From an uncultured Gemmatimonadota bacterium (GTDB taxonomy: Bacteria; JAAXHH01), in the NCBI GenBank assembly GCA_951812955.1, contig OX638340.1, forward strand, positions 2,272,001-2,336,000: a stretch of DNA of 64,000 nucleotides, written 5' to 3'. A program made the position numbers and the translations under genes. Shown here piece by piece: positions 1 to 7,888 of this stretch (positions are counted from its first letter, which is position 1; every line of letters begins with the position of its first letter). The notes under the pieces are model-generated. The model was not told the DNA's origin. It worked only from the letters and a program-made list of their open reading frames with translations, and ran no database searches.

Positions 1-362
1 TGTATCGTGGCCGGATCGATCACGATGGTAGCGCCGGGGGAGGGCGCCGCGTCCTCGGCCTGTTCGTCCATAGCCTGTTCGGCCACGGCCTGCTCTTCCG
101 CTTCGGCCGTGTTTTTCATCGGCGTAAGATTCATCCCGCAGATCGGACACTGGCCCGGTTCTTCCGTAATTACGTTCGGATGCATACCGCACGTCCACAA
201 CTGAACCTGCGCCGTATCACCGCTATCGGAAGTGGTCGTCGACTCCGGATCGCCACAGCCCGTTAACAGCACCAGCGGCGCGGCGGCCAGCAGCATGACG
301 GCCAGCAACCTGGAGGCCAGTGACCGGAATGCACGCCCGCGTAGTCTCTTGACGATGTTCAT
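1..362 (-). CDS. RND-efflux membrane fusion protein (CusB/CzcB-like), N-terminal part; continues beyond window start
   Basis: Own translation of the minus strand from ATG at 362 (GGAGG 6 nt upstream): MNIVKRLRGRAF...LVLLTGCGDPES (lipobox) ...LWTCGMHPNVITEEPGQCPICGMNLTPM. This is the CGMHP-x10-CPxCGM heavy-metal-binding motif seen at the N-terminus of metal-efflux MFPs. Starts 16 nt after the TolC-like gene. Absent from the ORF track because it runs off the edge. Confidence 0.7.
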   Translation of the reverse strand, partial: MNIVKRLRGRAFRSLASRLLAVMLLAAAPLVLLTGCGDPESTTTSDSGDTAQVQLWTCGMHPNVITEEPGQCPICGMNLTPMKNTAEAEEQAVAEQAMDEQAEDAAPSPGATIVIDPATI

Positions 363-378
363 GATTTACCTCCTGTGT

Positions 379-1647
379 CTACGGGAGCGATCCCCCGGCG
401 GCCCGTTCCAGCCGGCTGAGATACTTTCGGTAGTTGGCCGTTTCGGCCACGTACCCGAGCCGGGTACGCAGCACCATGCGTTCCGCGTCGAGCAGGTCGA
501 GGAAGTCCATCTGCCCCGACTGGAAAGCGGCCAGTGTCGCCAGCACGCTGTTTTCCGCCTGGGTGATGAGGCCTTGCTCATAGACGTCGAGAGCCCGTCC
601 GGAATGACGCAGGCGCCCGTATGCCTCCGCGACCTCCGCCGCGACGGTGTCCCGGATGCTCCGCCTGGCATATTGGCTTTCTTCCACGCGTGCCATGGCC
701 TCCTGCACCCCGGCCCGCGTGCGTTTCCTGAACAGGGGCAGATTCACGCTCAACATGACGCCGAAGGCGTCTTTCCCGGCGTCGGATGCCGGGTTCCCTT
801 CGAGCTTCGGAACGGTGATATAAGAAGCCTGCACCATGAAATCCGGCCGGTTGCCGAGGCGCGCGAGCCGGAGACCCAGTTCGTTTTGCCGGATCCGTGC
901 GTCGACCGCCTCCAGTTCCTGCCGGACGGCCAGTGCTTTCTCAACCACCAGGGATTCGGGCTGTGTGTATCTCGTGGTATCAATGGCCGCAACCCGGTCG
1001 ACAGGCGTATCGGACGGACGGCTCAGCGCGCCGTTGAGGCGGGCAACGTGGGCGCTCCGCTCACCTTCCAGCGTAATGCGCTGTTTCAGTATCTCCGAAG
1101 CTTCCACGTGCGACTTGAGTACGTCTGCCTGGGAACCGCTCCCGGTGGCGTACTTCTCCTCCGCGGCGCCGGTGAAGGTCTCCAGCAGGACGAGATAGTC
1201 TTCAAGGATGCGCAGGGACCGGTCTACCCGGAAGAGATCATAGTAGACCGACTTCACTTCGTAGGTGATATCGCGCGCAATCGATTGGATCCCGGCCGTT
1301 TCGACCGCTGTTTCTTCCCCGGATATGTCGCCGCGCAGGCTCAGCTTGCCCGGATATGGAATCTGCTGTCCGAAGGCCAGCACGTTCCTCTGCGGTCCGA
1401 CACGCGTTTCCGGAGAGGATAGCCAACGCGTGTACATTAATACCGGATCCGAGTAGGAAGCGACCTGCGGCCGTCGTTGCGTGACCGCGGTCCGACGGTG
1501 ACGCGCTGCCTGCAGGACGGGGTTGCGGTCCAGGGCCTCGGCGACCAGCGCCTCGAGTCGCGGCGTCTGCGCCCGGGCCGGCAGAACGGCGAAAACGAGG
1601 GCGAAAGACATGATCAGAAAACCCGCGTATCGTGAAAAAACGGACAT
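379..1647 (-). CDS. TolC-family outer membrane efflux protein (CzcC/CusC-like)
   Basis: 422-aa ORF with signal peptide (MSVFSRYAGFLIMSFALVFAVLPARAQ). Typical OEP-family sequence (EALDRNPVLQAAR..., two-repeat helical/barrel architecture). Immediately upstream of the MFP gene, as in czcCBA/cusCBA operons. Confidence 0.85.
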   Translation of the reverse strand: MSVFSRYAGFLIMSFALVFAVLPARAQTPRLEALVAEALDRNPVLQAARHRRTAVTQRRPQVASYSDPVLMYTRWLSSPETRVGPQRNVLAFGQQIPYPGKLSLRGDISGEETAVETAGIQSIARDITYEVKSVYYDLFRVDRSLRILEDYLVLLETFTGAAEEKYATGSGSQADVLKSHVEASEILKQRITLEGERSAHVARLNGALSRPSDTPVDRVAAIDTTRYTQPESLVVEKALAVRQELEAVDARIRQNELGLRLARLGNRPDFMVQASYITVPKLEGNPASDAGKDAFGVMLSVNLPLFRKRTRAGVQEAMARVEESQYARRSIRDTVAAEVAEAYGRLRHSGRALDVYEQGLITQAENSVLATLAAFQSGQMDFLDLLDAERMVLRTRLGYVAETANYRKYLSRLERAAGGSLP

Positions 1648-1893
1648 GGCCTGTTCCTCGGGTTGATATGAATTGATCGTTACAGTTGAATACGGCCTGG
1701 AGAGCGGATGTGGCGGTCCCTTGCGGGATGGCGCTTCGCATCATCGGCGCGCAGTATCGTTAGGCGTTACGCATCGTCCCGGGACGCGCAGGCTGCCGGA
1801 CGGACAAAACCTGGAAGTCCGGATACACGATGCCTTCTACGCGTCGCGTGTTACGCTCACGGCCCGTTGGTGCCCAGTGTTTTCAGGTGGGTA

Positions 1894-2331
1894 TTAGATG
1901 AGGTACGTGCAGAAGAGTGCGCGCAATGGGGGTGGGGACCGGTCGGTATTCGATTCCGGAGAAATCCGTGAGACATGGACCGCCGGTTCAACCAGGTGTA
2001 ACCCCCGCAGCGGCGTCGATAGGACCAGCTGATCGGGTTGAACGGAAGCGGCTGGAAGCAGCGCACCCACCCCGGATTGCCGGTATGGCGCCGGATCGAC
2101 GCTGCAGCAGGACATGGCCAGCGTGCCCGTCGCGCATGTTTCCGTCGCGTGGCCCGTGGCGCATGTTTCCGGAGTCTTGGCCGTCGAGCAACAAGCGTGC
2201 TCGCTCCCGGACGAAGATGCGTCCGGCGACGAAGACTTTGCCATCATGCACACGCCGTCCGCTGCCGTGCCCGCCAGGGACGGAGACGACAAGGAGAGGA
2301 AAAGGATGAGAACGGTGAATCGCCTGATCAT
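1894..2331 (-). CDS. small secreted Cys/His/Met-rich protein (possible periplasmic metal-binding protein)
   Basis: 145-aa ORF. Clear signal peptide MIRRFTVLILFLSLSSPSLAG, then CMM, HACC, ETCATGHATETCATG and MSCC motifs. The C-terminal half is low-information and may be over-extended. Co-directional, 246 nt upstream of the TolC-like gene. Confidence 0.4.
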   Translation of the reverse strand: MIRRFTVLILFLSLSSPSLAGTAADGVCMMAKSSSPDASSSGSEHACCSTAKTPETCATGHATETCATGTLAMSCCSVDPAPYRQSGVGALLPAASVQPDQLVLSTPLRGLHLVEPAVHVSRISPESNTDRSPPPLRALFCTYLI

Positions 2332-2478
2332 GACCGGATCTCCGGGGAATCAACCTGGCTCGATATATAACAATCTACCCGCATACCGGGAGAAACACAA
2401 TCGAATTCGGGACACCCGCGACGCCTGCCGCGTCGGACCGCACTCCGCCCTGGCCTACCAGTCCGTATCGGATCCGCG

Positions 2479-2703
2479 CTATTTTCCCCGCCTTCGCTGG
2501 CGCCTGACGAGCTTTACTACTTCCTTCACCGAGAGGTTCGTCTTGACCGTTGGTATATCCAGCGGAGACGCTGGAGGCAGTTCGGGGACGACGGCATATC
2601 TCCTGCCATCCTTTCTGCGTATGATTACTTTTCCGGTCGATTCCGCTTCGTCGAGCAAACTCGACAGATGCTGCCTCGCTTCAGTATAGGTATAGACGTC
2701 CAT
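2479..2703 (-). CDS. Phd/YefM-type antitoxin
   Basis: Start moved to the internal ATG (MDVYTYTEARQHLSSLLDEAESTGKVIIRRKDGRRYAVVP...), a typical Phd/YefM N-terminus. SD AAGGGGAG lies inside the end of vapC. 7 nt after the vapC stop. Confidence 0.7.
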   Translation of the reverse strand: MDVYTYTEARQHLSSLLDEAESTGKVIIRRKDGRRYAVVPELPPASPLDIPTVKTNLSVKEVVKLVRRQRRRGK

Positions 2704-2710
2704 GACGCAG

Positions 2711-3118
2711 TCACTCCCCTTGAAATTCCAGACGCACAACGTCAATGCCAAGCGACTCCGCGGCGCGGGCCAATGACCGGTCCAGGGTCAGCAGAGGCGC
2801 ATTGTACCTGATGGCGGTCTCCAGAAAAAAAGCGTCGGCCGCCACTCCCTTCATTCGAGACGCGATCGAAAGGATCTGGGCCATGTCCACGTCCACGTAA
2901 CGTAGCGGGATGTTGCCCAGGATCTCCATGCCTCTGCGCGCCTCCTCGGCGTCGATCCCTTTCTGCCGGATCATGACGGAGAAGGCATGGCAAATCTCCC
3001 ATCGAACGAAATCCGGCGCGATGAGGACGTGACCCGAAGCCGCTTCGGCCAGGGCACCGCGTTCCGGACCCTGCATTACGGATGCAATAATCGCCGATGT
3101 ATCGATGACCATATTCAC
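2711..3118 (-). CDS. vapC: PIN-domain ribonuclease toxin VapC
   Basis: 135-aa ORF with PIN acidic signature: MNMVIDTSAII (Asp6), ...AADAFFLETA..., ...PLLTLDRSL.... Confidence 0.85.
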   Translation of the reverse strand: MNMVIDTSAIIASVMQGPERGALAEAASGHVLIAPDFVRWEICHAFSVMIRQKGIDAEEARRGMEILGNIPLRYVDVDMAQILSIASRMKGVAADAFFLETAIRYNAPLLTLDRSLARAAESLGIDVVRLEFQGE

Positions 3119-3140
3119 GCTGAAACCTCCCTTTTAATAT

Positions 3141-3154
3141 TGTACAATTGTACA
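3141..3154. promoter_or_regulatory. TGTACA-AT-TGTACA repeat/palindrome, candidate TA operator
   Basis: The sequence taatatTGTACAATTGTACAtcatta lies 23-36 nt upstream of the vapC ATG. Each TGTACA is self-complementary. AT-rich surroundings fit a promoter/operator. Confidence 0.3.
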
Positions 3155-3490
3155 TCATTATGTCAACAAAAATAACGAAACCCCGTATTTACAGGCCTTT
3201 AGGGGTTGCCGCCGACTTGGCGGCATTGACCAGCGGAGATCACCACAGATGCAATTCATGGTACGTGCGGCCGGCCGATTCAAAGGATTATGACGCAAGA
3301 CGTTCGCGCAATTACCCTTTTTCAGCGGCCATTGTTCACACACCGGTCACACTTATTTCGTTATATTTGAATGGAATGGGCGTTTTTTTAGATACCTTCC
3401 TATTGCCTACGTATCCGGTTGACTTCATGCGGGCTTGGATCCGTCGATCGTAACAGCAGTACGTTAATCACTTCTACGGGGATAGCGATC

Positions 3491-4003
3491 ATGAACGGCA
3501 CATTGAGTGAAGGAAGCAGGCGGGAGTTGACGGACAGGTTCGTTTGTGCGGTGCAGCACCTGGGCCGATTGATGCACAACGGACGGCTTGGCGAACTGAA
3601 GAAACTCGACCTGAACGCCCACCAGGCGGATACCCTGATGTTGCTGTATCATCACGGGCCCACCCGGATGGGGACCCTGGCGAACTACCTGGGGAGTAAA
3701 CTGCCGCACATGTCCCTCATTGTAGGTCACCTGGTCAACAAGGGTTACATTCAACGAAGTTCGGATCCAAAGGACCGGAGAGTGGTTATCTGCGAATTCA
3801 CTGCAAAAGGCAGGAAGGCTGCGCAACAGATCATACAACATACGAGGATACTCGTGAACGAGGTGGCCGAAAAGTGGGATTTCGAACAGTTCGAATCCGT
3901 GGTCGAGTCGCTGGAATCGTTTTGGGACCCAGAATCGGGAGTTCCCGGATCAGCCGTTTCTGGGCAGCGCCAGTCCAGAGACAGGTTGTTGGAAGAGATG
4001 TAA
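3491..4003 (+). CDS. MarR-family transcriptional regulator (paralogue 1)
   Basis: Winged-helix MarR pattern: ...LNAHQADTLMLLYHHGPTRMGTLANYLGSKLPHMSLIVGHLVNKGYIQRSSDPKDRRVVICEFTAKGRK.... Start set at MNGTLSE rather than the track start at 3419. Confidence 0.85.
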   Translation: MNGTLSEGSRRELTDRFVCAVQHLGRLMHNGRLGELKKLDLNAHQADTLMLLYHHGPTRMGTLANYLGSKLPHMSLIVGHLVNKGYIQRSSDPKDRRVVICEFTAKGRKAAQQIIQHTRILVNEVAEKWDFEQFESVVESLESFWDPESGVPGSAVSGQRQSRDRLLEEM

Positions 4004-4170
4004 TCCCAGATATGGCAGGCCAGTTCAATGCAGGGTGAAGCAGCCGGCGATCCGACTGTTGCCATTGCGCCCGAAGCCGGATCTGCGTGACCGGCGTCAG
4101 TTGGAACTACTTCGGCAATAAATAGTCCGCCAGAACATCGAGGTCGATTGGGGCGTCCCGCCCTAATTCT

Positions 4171-4221
4171 CCGACCCGCCCCTACATCCGACCCGCCCTT
4201 ACCACCGACCCGCCCACACCC
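4171..4221. repeat. ~17-18 bp tandem repeat x3 (CCGACCCGCCC core)
   Basis: Read directly: ccgacccgcccctacat / ccgacccgcccttaccac / cgacccgcccacaccc. Confidence 0.8.
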
Positions 4222-4283
4222 CCGGCCCAACCGGGAGAGTACAGATTCCTACCATATCCTTGGCCATCCGGCACTGCTCGGCT

Positions 4284-4404
4284 GGCCGTCCATTTCCGCC
4301 GCCGAGACGGCTGTCCGCTTTCGCCCCAGTCGGCCGTCCATTTCCGCCGCCGAGACGGCTGTCCGCTTTCGCTCCAGTCGGCCGTCCGCTTTCGCCCCAG
4401 TCGG
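4284..4404. repeat. 48-bp tandem repeat x2 plus a 25-bp partial third copy
   Basis: ggccgtccatttccgccgccgagacggctgtccgctttcgc(c/t)ccagtc at 4284-4331 and 4332-4379 (1 mismatch). An internally deleted copy lies at 4380-4404. Intergenic between the two marR paralogues. Confidence 0.9.
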
Positions 4405-4698
4405 ATCGCGGAACGGCACGCCTGCGGCAATAAAGTTTAATTTGACAAATGTTATTTTACTGGATAGTTTCCATACAGTTTTGTTCGAACTTTGTTTGGA
4501 ACTTCGGTTTATCTCCAGGGCATTCCCCGCCCCGGAGCATTCAACGTGAATTTACACACGTAAAACCGGTTCGATTCAAGGGACTACAACAAGCGGTTTC
4601 CAGACAGGGCCGAGCGTCCCGTGGCATTACCAGAAACACGGAATCGCGGGGTCCCGCGGAAAGCGTGCCGATCCAACCACTCTCATGGTTCTGGGTGA

Positions 4699-5181
4699 AT
4701 GAACGTGGAGAACGAATTCAGGCAGGACATCTCGAACCGCTACTTGAAGTCCGTGGAAGAAATCAACCGGATCATGTACAGCGGCCGTCTGCATGAGTGG
4801 CAGGGGATGGATCTATCGATTTCCCAGTTCAATACCCTTGTCATGCTGAAGCAGATGGGACCGATGCGCATGGGTATGATTTCCTACTATCTGAAGAACA
4901 CGCTTGCCGCCACCACATCGATCGTAGACCGTCTGGAGAACAAGGACCTGGTGATTCGGACCAAGGATCCCGAAGACAGAAGAGTGGTCATCTGCGAATT
5001 GACGGAACACGGGCAGAAAGCAACGGAGCGATTCTGGCGAGTCGCGCGGGAGGCGGCCTTGAGGGTAGCCAGCAAGTGGGACCTGAAGCAGTTCGAATCA
5101 GTGGTCGAGGCGCTGGAACTGGTCTTGCAGACCCATAAGGAGATCGTTCAGTCCGGCACATCTACAAAGCCTGCCGAATAA
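4699..5181 (+). CDS. MarR-family transcriptional regulator (paralogue 2)
   Basis: 160-aa ORF: ...LSISQFNTLVMLKQMGPMRMGMISYYLKNTLAATTSIVDRLENKDLVIRTKDPEDRRVVICELTEHGQK.... Shares the C-terminal W(D)xxQFESVVExLE motif with paralogue 1. Confidence 0.85.
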   Translation: MNVENEFRQDISNRYLKSVEEINRIMYSGRLHEWQGMDLSISQFNTLVMLKQMGPMRMGMISYYLKNTLAATTSIVDRLENKDLVIRTKDPEDRRVVICELTEHGQKATERFWRVAREAALRVASKWDLKQFESVVEALELVLQTHKEIVQSGTSTKPAE

Positions 5182-5218
5182 CCCACGCAACAATCTACTA
5201 AGCCTGCCAAATAACCAC
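5162..5218. repeat. 33-bp-period degenerate duplication spanning the marR-2 stop codon
   Basis: ctacaaagcctgccgaaTAAcccac (5162-5186) and ctactaagcctgccaaaTAAccac (5195-5218). Confidence 0.7.
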
Positions 5219-5223
5219 TGACA

Positions 5224-6195
5224 TCAAGATGAAGAAGAACAGGTAAGCATGAAGTGCCGCGCAGCGCCGATGATGCCGGCGTCGTCGCCGAGTTTGGCAG
5301 GCACGATCCGCAGTATGCCGGCCGACCACTTGTAGGCCCGCCGCGCCACCTCGGCGCCGATGGGATTGAAGATTAGATCGCCCGCCTTAATCACGCCGCC
5401 TCCAATAACGATCAATTCGGGATTCAGCAGGTTGGTGAGGCTGGAAACGGCCGTACCGAGCAGCGTGGCGGACCGGTGCATCACTTCCCGCGCCGTATCG
5501 TCGCCCTGGCCGGCGGCCTCGGCGACCATGGCCGCATCGATTCGGTCCAGGTTGCCCCCGCTCATTTCCCTTAATACGCTCTTCCGGCGACCGTGCACCA
5601 GTTCCCGCGCCTGTTCGGCGATGGCCGTCGCCGAAGCATAGGCTTCCAGGCATCCCGGCGCGCCGCAGCCACACATCCTGCCGTTCTCCACGACGGTCAT
5701 ATGGCCGATCTCGCCGCCCGCGCCGTTGGAGCCGCGCCAGACTTCGTTGTTCATGATGATCGCGCCGCCCACGCCCGTCCCCAGGGTAATACATATGACG
5801 TTCGCCTTGCCGGCGGCGGCGCCTACCCAGTGCTCCCCGATGGCCGCGGCGTTGGCGTCGTTCTCGATCGTCACCGGCAGTCCCAGGCGTTCACGGAGGA
5901 TCGACTGGAGCGGAAGATCCACCCATTCCGGCACGTTCGGCGCGTATACCACGATCCCTGAATCCTCCGGAATCAACCCGGGCGTACCCACGCCCACGCC
6001 GGCCACGCGGCCCCTTCCGCAGGAGTCCATGGTCATCTCGACGCAGGTCACCAGCCGGTCGATCACCTCGCCGGCGGTGCGGCTGCCCGATATGGATTGC
6101 CAGGCCCTGTGGGATATGCGGCCGCCGTCGTCCACTACGGCGCTGTTGACATTGGTCCCCCCCAGGTCCACGCCTATGACCAGGTCTCGCTTCAT
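5224..6195 (-). CDS. glk: ROK-family glucokinase
   Basis: Real start at MKRDLVIGVDLGGTNVNSAVV (ATP-binding DxGGT). ROK signature ...GHMTVVENGRMCGCGAPGCLEAYAS (Zn Cys motif). The 808-aa track ORF is an out-of-frame N-terminal over-extension across gpmI. Confidence 0.85.
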   Translation of the reverse strand: MKRDLVIGVDLGGTNVNSAVVDDGGRISHRAWQSISGSRTAGEVIDRLVTCVEMTMDSCGRGRVAGVGVGTPGLIPEDSGIVVYAPNVPEWVDLPLQSILRERLGLPVTIENDANAAAIGEHWVGAAAGKANVICITLGTGVGGAIIMNNEVWRGSNGAGGEIGHMTVVENGRMCGCGAPGCLEAYASATAIAEQARELVHGRRKSVLREMSGGNLDRIDAAMVAEAAGQGDDTAREVMHRSATLLGTAVSSLTNLLNPELIVIGGGVIKAGDLIFNPIGAEVARRAYKWSAGILRIVPAKLGDDAGIIGAARHFMLTCSSSS

Positions 6196-7754
6196 GCCCG
6201 TTCCCTGCTTCCGGCCAGGTCCACGCCCGACATCGGCTCCGGAGCGGGTATGCCTATCATGGACAGCACGGTCGGCGCCACGTCCGCCAGCCGGCCACCG
6301 TCGCGAAGACGCGCGTTTCTCCCGGAATCGTCGACAAGGATGAGCGGCACGGGATTCGTAGTGTGTGCGGTATGGGGCGTGGAGGTGACGGGATCCACCA
6401 TCATCTCCGCGTTGCCGTGGTCCGCCGTGACGATCGCCCCGCCGCCGGCCGACCCGACCGCGTCCATTACCTCTCCCAGGCACCGGTCGACCGTCTCCAC
6501 GGCCGCAACCGCCGCGGGGAGCGAACCCGTATGGCCCACCATGTCCGGATTGGCGAAATTCACCAGCACGAAATCGTATTCCCCGCCGCGAAGGGCGCCG
6601 GCCACGCGGGATGCGACCTCGGGCGCGCTCATTTCGGGCTTCTCGTCGTAGGTGGCCACGTCCCGCGGAGAGGGGACCATTAACCGGTCCTCGCCGTCGA
6701 AAGGCCGCTCGTCGCCTCCGTTGAAGAAATAGGTGACGTGGGGGTATTTCTCCGTTTCCGCCACGCGCAGTTGCCTCCGTCCGGCACGGCTGATCGTTTC
6801 CCCCAGAATACAGGCCATGGGCTCGGGTGGACGGAAGGCGCAAGGCACATCGAAACGTGCATCGTAGGGCGTCATGGTGGCGACGCGTACGTCCGGCACG
6901 GTTCCGCGGCAGAAACCGTCGAAGTCCTCCTCGATGAAGGTCCGGACGATCTGGCGTCCTCGGTCCGCCCGGTAATTGAAGACGATCACCGCGTCGCCAT
7001 CCGCCATCGTCCCGGCGGGGCCGTCCCGCGTCGCCCCGATCACGGTGGGCGATACGAATTCGTCGGTTTCGCCCCGGTCGTAAGCCGCCTGGATCGCCTC
7101 CGCCGCGGAACCGGCCCGGTTCCCCTTTCCCGCGGTGAAGAGATCGTAGGCCCTGCGCACCCGATCCCACCGGTTGTCCCGGTCCATGGCGTAGAAACGT
7201 CCGGTCACGGTGGCGATGCGGCCCGTACCGAGCCGTTCGATAGTCTCCTGCAGCGTCCGCAGATAGGCCGGCGCGCTTCGGGGCGCCGTATCGCGGCCGT
7301 CCACGACTGCGTGCACCAGGACGCGGTCTCCTGTGAATCCCTGGCGGGAGGCCAGTTCCAGTAGCGTCAGGTAGTGTTTTTCGGCGCTGTGGACCAGTCC
7401 GTTCGATGTGAGTCCCAGCAGGTGCAGCCTGCCGCCCGTTCCACGGAGCCGTTCCAGGATTGCGGCAAACGCCGCGTTCTCGAAGAACCTGCCGTCGTCG
7501 ATGGCCTCGTTGATCCGGGTGACTTCCTGCCGCACCACCCGCCCGGCGCCCAGGTTGAGGTGGCCGACTTCCGAGTTGCCCATGATACCGGGAGGAAGAC
7601 CCACGTCTACACCCGATGCACTCAGCATGGTGTGAGGATACCGTTGCCACAGCCTGTCGAAGTTCGGCGTCTCCGCCAGCAAAACGGCGTTGGCGTCGCC
7701 GCGGGGGGCGATGCCCCAGCCGTCCAGGATGACAAGCGCGACGGGAGGATTCAT
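6192..7754 (-). CDS. gpmI: 2,3-bisphosphoglycerate-independent phosphoglycerate mutase
   Basis: MNPPVALVILDGWGIAP..., ...MGNSEVGHLNLGAGR..., ...ADHGNAEMM.... Stop overlaps the glk start by 4 nt. Start at 7754 chosen over 7817 by N-terminal conservation. Confidence 0.9.
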   Translation of the reverse strand: MNPPVALVILDGWGIAPRGDANAVLLAETPNFDRLWQRYPHTMLSASGVDVGLPPGIMGNSEVGHLNLGAGRVVRQEVTRINEAIDDGRFFENAAFAAILERLRGTGGRLHLLGLTSNGLVHSAEKHYLTLLELASRQGFTGDRVLVHAVVDGRDTAPRSAPAYLRTLQETIERLGTGRIATVTGRFYAMDRDNRWDRVRRAYDLFTAGKGNRAGSAAEAIQAAYDRGETDEFVSPTVIGATRDGPAGTMADGDAVIVFNYRADRGRQIVRTFIEEDFDGFCRGTVPDVRVATMTPYDARFDVPCAFRPPEPMACILGETISRAGRRQLRVAETEKYPHVTYFFNGGDERPFDGEDRLMVPSPRDVATYDEKPEMSAPEVASRVAGALRGGEYDFVLVNFANPDMVGHTGSLPAAVAAVETVDRCLGEVMDAVGSAGGGAIVTADHGNAEMMVDPVTSTPHTAHTTNPVPLILVDDSGRNARLRDGGRLADVAPTVLSMIGIPAPEPMSGVDLAGSRERA

Positions 7755-7888
7755 ATGGAAGTACGTACTCCGGACGTATCGATTCGGGTACCCATTACCC
7801 TTCTGGCGAAGGGCCAATTATGAAGAAAACGCGGAAGTCACTCCGCGTTTTCTGATGTGTCGATCGATATTCCGTAGATCAATTTGTG

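Noticed and set aside
4284-4404. Possible CRISPR array (this and the other tandem repeats at 13279-13366, 25702-25837, 29575-29631)
   Set aside because: The repeats are directly adjacent, with no unique spacers. There are only 2-4 units, the periods vary, and there are no cas genes.
4560-4585. tRNA-like T-arm (CCGGTTCGATTCAAGGG) upstream of marR-2
   Set aside because: No acceptor stem, D-arm or anticodon arm can be drawn around it. The GTTCGAAT strings at about 3891 and 5091 lie inside the marR coding sequences (FEQFESV).
5224-7650. 808-aa ORF that could be read as a giant fusion protein
   Set aside because: Only the last 323 codons (from MKRDLVIGVDLGGT at 6195) look like a real ROK glucokinase. 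The N-terminal ~480 residues are Arg/Gly/Pro-rich nonsense lying out of frame over the well-supported gpmI gene.
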